Shown: in pieces, positions 38,269 through 44,138 of the stretch | Layout: each line of letters opens with the position of its first letter | Position numbering within the stretch: position 1 is the first letter of the stretch | Origin: a virus | Strand: one strand, 5' to 3' | IMG/VR virus record: IMGVR_UViG_3300032307_000646 | Location: 1 to 64,000 of that record | DNA length: 64,000 nt | Program-made: the position numbers and the translations under genes | Notes under the pieces: model-generated | Told to the model about the DNA's origin: nothing | The model's database searches: none | What the model saw: the letters and a program-made list of their open reading frames with translations, nothing else

Positions 38269-39327
38269 ATGGTATATAACGCTATATATAACGCTGGACC
38301 AGCAATAGGTGGTACAACTCAGGTTGGTAATATTGCCGTTGCAACTGGTACACCAGATTACGCTGTCGGTGATTGGGTTGGTGGTGTTGATGACACTGGG
38401 TGTTATGTTATCATTAGTGAGACAACAAACACTGGTTTAGCTGGTAGATCAGCTGGTGGTAGTTCGGAAATAATTCCAGCGGAAACCCCAGTTTTTTGGC
38501 GAACAACAAGTAATACTGACCAAGCCTTTCTTGATTTGGTTAATGTTTTACCAGGTTCACCTGGTACTATAACCGATGTTGGGGTGGCGACAGACTGGTT
38601 AGCGGGTCATAATTTTTGGACATCGTATGGAACAGCTCTGGCGGTCACAGCACAGATATATTTTGATCCAGCTAATACGTTATCTTACCCTGGTAGCGGT
38701 AACACTTTAACCAATATTGGTACATTGGGTAACATTACTGGTACATTGGGGAATATGTCGGGTGTTGTTTACGATAGTAACGCTGGTGGTGGATCCCTTA
38801 ACTTTGACGGTGGTTCGGATACGATACAGTTCGGGCAATTCAATTTTGGTAATAGTATATCTGTTAGCGCTTGGGTTTATCCGAGAAATGAGGCTAGTAT
38901 AAACTGTTTAGTTTCTAACTGTGGTGCAAACACGGCGACAAATGGTTTTAAAATGGCTTGGAATAACTGGACAACTGTAAATTTAACCATGAACTTTGAA
39001 GCGGGTAATGGTGGCGCTGGCGGTACTCAGTCAACGGCTAATAATACAGTTACTGAGAACGCTTGGCAAATGTTAACTTATGTTTTTGATAAAACAAACC
39101 AAACAATACGTTTCTATAAAAATGGGGTTGCTATTCCTACTAATAACGGTGGATCACCAGTTGCTAATATAGGTACAAACAACTCAAATTGGTGGATTGG
39201 TTCCATTGGCGGTAGTTCATACCAGATGGACGCTAATTTGGGTGAATTTAAGGTTTGGATGAGTTTAATGTCTGACGGGGATGTGTCAGCTGAATTTGAC
39301 GCGACTAAAGCTAGATACGGTTTGTAA
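38269..39327 (+). CDS. LamG/ConA-like domain protein
   Basis: SYPGSG, FDG.SD, WQMLTYV, FY.NG motifs; shared N-terminal module. Confidence 0.8.
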   Translation: MVYNAIYNAGPAIGGTTQVGNIAVATGTPDYAVGDWVGGVDDTGCYVIISETTNTGLAGRSAGGSSEIIPAETPVFWRTTSNTDQAFLDLVNVLPGSPGTITDVGVATDWLAGHNFWTSYGTALAVTAQIYFDPANTLSYPGSGNTLTNIGTLGNITGTLGNMSGVVYDSNAGGGSLNFDGGSDTIQFGQFNFGNSISVSAWVYPRNEASINCLVSNCGANTATNGFKMAWNNWTTVNLTMNFEAGNGGAGGTQSTANNTVTENAWQMLTYVFDKTNQTIRFYKNGVAIPTNNGGSPVANIGTNNSNWWIGSIGGSSYQMDANLGEFKVWMSLMSDGDVSAEFDATKARYGL

Positions 39328-39329
39328 TA

Positions 39330-39839
39330 TTACTGAGGTTTTTCAGAATCTTTGATGATTAACTCACCCAAAACTTCCATCTTACCAAGGAGTTCCTGGA
39401 AAGCTATTTGTTCAATATCCATATCATTTTTTGTTGATGAATAAAGTTTTTCAAGAAGATCTTTATATTCTTTTTTAGCATCTTCCATATCTAAGTCACC
39501 CTTAGCAGCTTTTTCGTAATATTCTAACTTAACCTCGAAGTGATGGTAAGTTAATAATGCCGCGCCACCTTTTTCTTTTGCGTTGTCGGCAATTTTTTCG
39601 GCACCACCTAATCTTGTCTCAGCAAATGATTCGAGTTTATCACCCTCTTCTAAAGGATTACCTGGGCCCCTAGTTATATTGGATTGCCATGTTGTGTTAC
39701 CAACTGGATTACCTGGACCTCTTTTAACACCAGAATCCCATAGAGATCCAGTTGAAGTTGACGTTGATGAGGTTGAGGTTGAATCCTCATTCAATCCCAT
39801 CATCGTTCTTATTTTTAATATTTCCTCAAGGTATGTCAT
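39330..39839 (-). CDS. protein with LEEILKIRTMMGL motif
   Basis: also carries two W..xxRGPGNP repeats. Confidence 0.75.
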   Translation of the reverse strand: MTYLEEILKIRTMMGLNEDSTSTSSTSTSTGSLWDSGVKRGPGNPVGNTTWQSNITRGPGNPLEEGDKLESFAETRLGGAEKIADNAKEKGGAALLTYHHFEVKLEYYEKAAKGDLDMEDAKKEYKDLLEKLYSSTKNDMDIEQIAFQELLGKMEVLGELIIKDSEKPQ

Positions 39840-40101
39840 GATTGTTGCGTTTATCCTCTTCGTGTTTATAGTTATAATGGTTACATTCTATGTCAATGAA
39901 TTCATCGTCTTCGGTTGAAGCTTTGTAACTCGTATACATTATAAATAACACAAATTCAAAAAATAAGGTGTAGATTACTGGGTGCCAATCCAAAGGATTA
40001 ACTTTACCTATTATTAATAGTAGAATACCGTATATGAAACCACACTGGAATAACACTAAAACCAAAAAAGGTATAACAGTTAATCTAATAAAATCCTTCA
40101 T
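39826..40101 (-). CDS. two-TM membrane protein
   Basis: two hydrophobic helices. Confidence 0.6.
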   Translation of the reverse strand: MKDFIRLTVIPFLVLVLFQCGFIYGILLLIIGKVNPLDWHPVIYTLFFEFVLFIMYTSYKASTEDDEFIDIECNHYNYKHEEDKRNNHDIP

Positions 40102-41000
40102 TACATTATATAGTTAGTTAATTCATATTTACCAGAAGGCATTCTGTATAATGAAATTTGTAACATTTTTTTAAGCGGTTTACCATCTTTTAATAACTCA
40201 ACATGGTACTGAACAGTTTTTTCATAAGCAACATGTTCTGGGGTGATACTTTCCCAGTTAACCGTAAAACCTTTATGGTTAGCGTATTCTTCGGCAGATT
40301 CTAAAGCACCAGCTTGTGTATCAAAATAATTTTCTTGTTGGAATCCTCTACCTTCGAAAACTTTACCATCTTTACCAGCTCTCATAGCCATCCAAGAACC
40401 TTCCTCTTCTTCAAGCTCTTTTTGAAGTTCGTCCAGACTTTCTAATTTAAGATCACCCAAAGCGTCCATTGTGTCGTCATAACCAGGCATTTTATAATCT
40501 GGTTCTTCTTCTGGTTCTCCGAACATATCATCAATTAGTGATTGGGCCATTGATTTTAAATCAATTTTATTATTACCACGACCCATATTCCAAACACTCC
40601 CTAAAGCGTTCTCAAGGTAATCAACCCTATTATCGGAGCCAACCTTCGCATCTTCCATAGCAAGATCCCAAGATTCCTCAACGTCTTCATTTTTCTCAAA
40701 AGTTTCTGGGTCTCTATCTTGTTTATTAGCGGTTGCGTAATAAACCTCTTCACCCTTTTTATCACCGTATTGGTCTTTGAATTTATTAAGAACTTCAGTG
40801 TTCTCATCAGTTTCCTCTTCTCTCATTGAACCAACAATATCCGATGGAGATAACTCTTCTATCGCGTCTTTACCGTAATTGATTTCATAATCATCATCCT
40901 CTGGGGACATGTTTGTAATTTTACCGCTTGGGCTAACATGATTTACACCCATCATTTCTTGTATTCTAGAAAGTTCTTCGTTTAAACTGGATTTTTTCAT
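40101..41000 (-). CDS. acidic protein with LNEELSRIQEMMG motif
   Basis: TATTTATA at 41021-41014; K.QYG..KGE.VYYATANK domain. Confidence 0.8.
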   Translation of the reverse strand: MKKSSLNEELSRIQEMMGVNHVSPSGKITNMSPEDDDYEINYGKDAIEELSPSDIVGSMREEETDENTEVLNKFKDQYGDKKGEEVYYATANKQDRDPETFEKNEDVEESWDLAMEDAKVGSDNRVDYLENALGSVWNMGRGNNKIDLKSMAQSLIDDMFGEPEEEPDYKMPGYDDTMDALGDLKLESLDELQKELEEEEGSWMAMRAGKDGKVFEGRGFQQENYFDTQAGALESAEEYANHKGFTVNWESITPEHVAYEKTVQYHVELLKDGKPLKKMLQISLYRMPSGKYELTNYIM

Positions 41001-41067
41001 AAAAACATTTATTTATAAATACTTTTATAAAAAGAAAAAAGACTATATTGGTAATTAAAATGTGAAG

Positions 41068-41141
41068 TCGTCCTAGCTGGACTCGAACCAGCGGCCTTCT
41101 GCGTATCAGGCAGACGCTCTAACCAACTGAGCTACAGGACG
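41068..41141 (-). tRNA. trnI: tRNA-Ile(GAT)
   Basis: cloverleaf; anticodon arm TCTGC-CTGATAC-GCAGA. Confidence 0.92.
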
Positions 41142-41201
41142 ATAAATTAGATTTTGCACAATAAACATTGTTCGTTTATCGTAGCAAAAACGGGTTTATT
41201 G

Positions 41202-41275
41202 TACCTTCAGAGAGACTCGAACTCCCAACCTTTTCGTTCGTAGCGAAACGCTCTAATCCATTGAGCTATGAAGGT
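41202..41275 (-). tRNA. trnR: tRNA-Arg(ACG)
   Basis: TTTCG-CTACGAA-CGAAA. Confidence 0.92.
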
Positions 41276-41280
41276 AAATA

Positions 41281-41393
41281 ATAGGCCATTGTTACAATAT
41301 CTCTCACCCACTTTCTTGGCAGGGTATCCATCATGGGTTCCGTTAACTGATATCTATTTTATAACCCCTGACGGAACAAACGGGGTAACCTAT
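41281..41393 (-). ncRNA. candidate structured RNA in tRNA operon
   Basis: closing helix ATAGGTTA/TGGCCTAT, inner GTTCCGT/ACGGAAC. Confidence 0.45.
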
Positions 41394-41394
41394 T

Positions 41395-41472
41395 TGGGGT
41401 GACTGATGGGACTCGAACCCACGACCTCTTGAATCACAATCAAGCACTCTAACCAACTGAGCTACAGAAACC
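41395..41472 (-). tRNA. trnH: tRNA-His(GTG)
   Basis: CTTGA-TTGTGAT-TCAAG, G-1, encoded CCA; acceptor mismatches. Confidence 0.88.
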
Positions 41473-41477
41473 ATATA

Positions 41478-41552
41478 TGGTAGCGAGAGGGAATTTCGAA
41501 ATCCCGACCTTTCGGATATGAGCCGAATGCTCTTCCTCTGAGCTATCTCGCC
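41478..41552 (-). tRNA. trnM: tRNA-Met(CAT), elongator-type (Ile2 not excluded)
   Basis: TTCGG-CTCATAT-CCGAA, encoded CCA. Confidence 0.88.
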
Positions 41553-41581
41553 ATTTTCTCGCCAATATGGCGAGATATTTG

Positions 41582-41652
41582 TTGTCCCTTCAGGACTCGA
41601 ACCTGAATTCTCTGGCTCAAAACCAGATGTGCTGCCATTACACCAAGGGACA
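41582..41652 (-). tRNA. trnQ: tRNA-Gln(TTG)
   Basis: TCTGG-TTTTGAG-CCAGA. Confidence 0.9.
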
Positions 41653-41655
41653 ATA

Positions 41656-41731
41656 TGGTGGAGCTAATGGGACTCGAACCCACATCCTCTTCCTTGCAAG
41701 GGAAGCGCTCAGCCAATTGAGCTATAACCCC
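41656..41731 (-). tRNA. trnA: tRNA-Ala(TGC)
   Basis: CTTCC-CTTGCAA-GGAAG, G3:U70, encoded CCA. Confidence 0.93.
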
Positions 41732-41732
41732 A

Positions 41733-42194
41733 TTAATTTTGTCGAAAAGTTATCTGCCTTAAACAATGGTCTAGCAGATACTGTTCAACATTTGGTATTT
41801 TCCTCAAGAAGTCATACTCATATGAATAACAAAGTATTTCTTCTCTTGGTGATTCTTGGACACCTCTATATCTAAGATAAAGGTGTAAAGATTCATGTAC
41901 AATAACAGCCGCGAGATTGTTTAGGGATTTTGCCCTAGCGTCTGTTGACGATATTACTATACTACCCTTTGCGTCTTTAGAACCCTCATTTGTTGAGTAG
42001 TTACCAGACCAAAATGTTATTTTATTACAAACACGTAAAACGAGTTTATAAGCGGTGGTATCTGTTTGTCTGATAATTGTTAAAGCACTATCAGCTCTCA
42101 GATCCCAACCATCCCCAGCTTTATCGATTACAATTTGTGATTTACAAATCGTTGTGGATAAAACCATTACGATCATTAATATTAGTTTCCTCAT
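41733..42194 (-). CDS. exported HExxH metallopeptidase-like protein
   Basis: signal peptide MRKLIL...KS-Q, IVHESLH and downstream EE; TATTTATT at 42205-42198. Confidence 0.7.
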   Translation of the reverse strand: MRKLILMIVMVLSTTICKSQIVIDKAGDGWDLRADSALTIIRQTDTTAYKLVLRVCNKITFWSGNYSTNEGSKDAKGSIVISSTDARAKSLNNLAAVIVHESLHLYLRYRGVQESPREEILCYSYEYDFLRKIPNVEQYLLDHCLRQITFRQN

Positions 42195-42206
42195 ATTAAT
42201 AAATAG

Positions 42207-42288
42207 TGCCAGCAGGTGGACTCGAACCACCGAACCCGTAAGGGAGCAGATTTACAGTCTGCCGCAATTGCCGCTATGCGATACTGGC
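42207..42288 (-). tRNA. trnY: tRNA-Tyr(GTA)
   Basis: GCAGA-CTGTAAA-TCTGC, long variable arm. Confidence 0.92.
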
Positions 42289-42293
42289 AAGTG

Positions 42294-42426
42294 AGGTAAG
42301 AGGAAGATGGTTCAGTGGACATCCTCTTTTACGATCGGCATTACTTGGGTGAATACCTGCAAACTCCGATCACACCAGTCAGTATTCACTCTCGAACTAT
42401 TGATGTGATCATTCCCCGATCAACCT
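42294..42426 (-). ncRNA. candidate pseudoknotted RNA in tRNA operon
   Basis: four helices including a 10-bp pseudoknot pairing. Confidence 0.65.
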
Positions 42427-42429
42427 TTG

Positions 42430-42502
42430 TACACCCTATAGGACTCGAACCTATGACATCTGCCATGTAAGGGCAGCGCTCTACCAACTGAGCTAAAGGT
42501 GC
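42430..42502 (-). tRNA. trnV: tRNA-Val(TAC)
   Basis: CTGCC-CTTACAT-GGCAG. Confidence 0.92.
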
Positions 42503-42604
42503 ATGTGTCCCTTCGTAGGTACTTGCCGTTTCTTAAGTCGACACTTTCCCCGTTGCGTGTTTTATTTAAGTGTACTTCCCTACTGGGACTTGAAGCCAAC
42601 ACAT
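42503..42604 (-). ncRNA. candidate structured RNA in tRNA operon
   Basis: nested ATGTGT/ACACAT, GTCCC/GGGAC, GTAGG/CCTAC, CTTAA/TTAAG. Confidence 0.5.
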
Positions 42605-42606
42605 TG

Positions 42607-42687
42607 TACCCAAAGAGAGACTCGAACTCTCACGCCTTTCAGCCACGGTTTCTAAGACCGTTATGTCTACCATTCCATCACTCGGGC
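42607..42687 (-). tRNA. trnL: tRNA-Leu(TAG)
   Basis: ACGGT-CTTAGAA-ACCGT, long variable arm. Confidence 0.92.
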
Positions 42688-42694
42688 ATTTTAG

Positions 42695-42765
42695 CACGGA
42701 TACAAGGATTCGAACCCTGAACTGTGGTTTTGGAGACCATTATGATACCATTTCACCATACCCGT
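42695..42765 (-). tRNA. trnW: tRNA-Trp(CCA)
   Basis: TGGT-CTCCAAA-ACCA, G73. Confidence 0.9.
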
Positions 42766-42774
42766 GTATATTTG

Positions 42775-42844
42775 AGTATAAGGTTGGAATCGAACCAACA
42801 CCGTTGGTTTTGCAGACCAACTGACCACCACGATCAACTTATAC
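42775..42844 (-). tRNA. trnC: tRNA-Cys(GCA), short D-arm
   Basis: TTGGT-CTGCAAA-ACCAA, U73. Confidence 0.82.
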
Positions 42845-42849
42845 GTTTG

Positions 42850-42923
42850 TGTCCCCGACAGGACTCGAACCTGTGACTCCCTCATTAAAAGTGAGGTGCT
42901 CTAACCAACTGAGCTACGAAGAC
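42850..42923 (-). tRNA. trnK: tRNA-Lys(TTT)
   Basis: CCTCA-CTTTTAA-TGAGG. Confidence 0.92.
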
Positions 42924-42929
42924 ATTGTG

Positions 42930-43005
42930 TCAGGATAGCTGGATTCGAACCAGCGATCCCCCGCGTCCAAGGCGGGTAGGGACGACCTGACTCCCCCATA
43001 TCCTG
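42930..43005 (-). tRNA. trnP: tRNA-Pro(TGG)
   Basis: CCCGC-CTTGGAC-GCGGG. Confidence 0.85.
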
Positions 43006-43012
43006 AATTAAG

Positions 43013-43087
43013 TAGCGTAGACAGGACTCGAACCTGCACTATGTCCTCATCCCAAATGAGGCGGCCTACCAATTGGCCAACTACGCT
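43013..43087 (-). tRNA. trnP: tRNA-Pro(TGG), second divergent copy
   Basis: CCTCA-TTTGGGA-TGAGG. Confidence 0.85.
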
Positions 43088-43106
43088 ATTTTAAAATTAC
43101 CAATAC

Positions 43107-43116
43107 GTCAAAGAAC
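43107..43116 (-). promoter_or_regulatory. boxA-like antitermination element
   Basis: GTTCTTTGAC between attenuator and first tRNA; resembles rrn boxA. Confidence 0.65.
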
Positions 43117-43119
43117 TGC

Positions 43120-43151
43120 AAAAAAAAACCCTGAACTTGTTGGTTCAGGGC
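43120..43151 (-). terminator. intrinsic terminator/attenuator upstream of tRNA operon
   Basis: GCCCTGAAC-CAACAA-GTTCAGGGT plus T tract. Confidence 0.9.
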
Positions 43152-43187
43152 TTCGTTTTTCTTAGTTTTAGTTTTATTTCTACAACA

Positions 43188-43286
43188 TCATGAAAATACT
43201 TGGTCTGAACCCGATACGGTACGAGGATACCACTGGCACACTGCCATCGGTTTAATCACTGCGATATGTAGGTTCATATTTTTCAT
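43188..43286 (-). CDS. leader peptide of tRNA operon attenuator (32 aa)
   Basis: MKNMNLHIAVIKPMAVCQWYPRTVSGSDQVFS read by hand; lies between promoter and terminator. Confidence 0.8.
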   Translation of the reverse strand: MKNMNLHIAVIKPMAVCQWYPRTVSGSDQVFS

Positions 43287-43313
43287 TTTAATGTTATTGT
43301 TAAATAATTAGTA

Positions 43314-43344
43314 CAAAATTAAGCAAAGTTTTCTAAAAAACAAA
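43314..43344 (-). promoter_or_regulatory. Bacteroidota-type promoter of tRNA operon
   Basis: TTTG-N19-TAATTTTG. Confidence 0.8.
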
Positions 43345-43371
43345 CTTTTTACGATTTTTTTTTAAAAAAAA

Positions 43372-43755
43372 TTATCTTTTACCAGTTTTTGTTGGGTTAA
43401 CACCTTGATTTCTATCAATATAGATCCAGTCACAAGATGTTAAATCAAATTGATTTAAGTGATCTAAGACAACATCTATATCATATTCTTTGCAAGAATA
43501 TATATCAAACTGCACTAAAGATGGGGTCTCGTTATCCCAAACGTGTATCGATGCGTGTGATGTTGCTAATGTTATCGTACCCGTAACACCTTCGTTACCT
43601 GGCTCGTTTACATATACGGATGTTGGGCCAGCCACAACTACCATACCAACTTTATCAACTAACTCTTTTAACCAAGTGTTAAGCGATTCTTCTGTTCTTG
43701 GTGGGTTATTTACAAACCCCCTAACAATTAAATGTACGTGATTAGGTTTAAACAT
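43372..43755 (-). CDS. speD: S-adenosylmethionine decarboxylase-like proenzyme
   Basis: HLI, GVTG...LATSHASIHVW, DIYSCK motifs (class 1b pyruvoyl fold). Confidence 0.75.
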   Translation of the reverse strand: MFKPNHVHLIVRGFVNNPPRTEESLNTWLKELVDKVGMVVVAGPTSVYVNEPGNEGVTGTITLATSHASIHVWDNETPSLVQFDIYSCKEYDIDVVLDHLNQFDLTSCDWIYIDRNQGVNPTKTGKR

Positions 43756-43759
43756 GGTT

Positions 43760-44026
43760 TTAAAATTCTTCTTCTAAATCATCATTATCATCATCATCGA
43801 AGGTTCTACCATCGTAGTAACCGTCATCTGTGTCAGATATTATTGTTTCTATTTCATATAACACATCACTTATTCGTTCAATAACGTTATCGGTTACATC
43901 ATCCCTAAAATTCTCAGGATCAATCATCTCTAACTTATTTTCGGCATCTTCCTTGAGATCAATTATTTGTCTCTGTAAGTCTTTAAGATAATTTAAGGCT
44001 AATTTGCTCATGTTGTTTTTTTTCAC
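43760..44026 (-). CDS. acidic hypothetical protein
   Basis: TATTTAT upstream. Confidence 0.6.
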   Translation of the reverse strand: MKKNNMSKLALNYLKDLQRQIIDLKEDAENKLEMIDPENFRDDVTDNVIERISDVLYEIETIISDTDDGYYDGRTFDDDDNDDLEEEF

Positions 44027-44138
44027 ATAAATAGGTTCGTTTATAGTAAAAAACAGATTTTGTTTAATAAAATTTTTTTGAAAGTAAAGGGTCTTTTTTG
44101 TGATTTTTATCTATTTATAAATATCAAAACAAAACAAC

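Noticed and set aside
42294-42604. tmRNA or HDV-like (theta) ribozymes in tRNA spacers
   Set aside because: Could not map a tag ORF, tRNA-like domain or nested double-pseudoknot core by eye; kept as unnamed structured RNAs.
41567-42885. ORF-track entries 41567-41875, 42055-42294, 42420-42602, 42499-42720, 42691-42885
   Set aside because: They overlap tRNA genes or structured RNA and lack protein-like features.
41068-43087. Stop-codon recoding or suppressor tRNAs
   Set aside because: No CTA/TCA/TTA anticodons, and genes read intact under the standard code.
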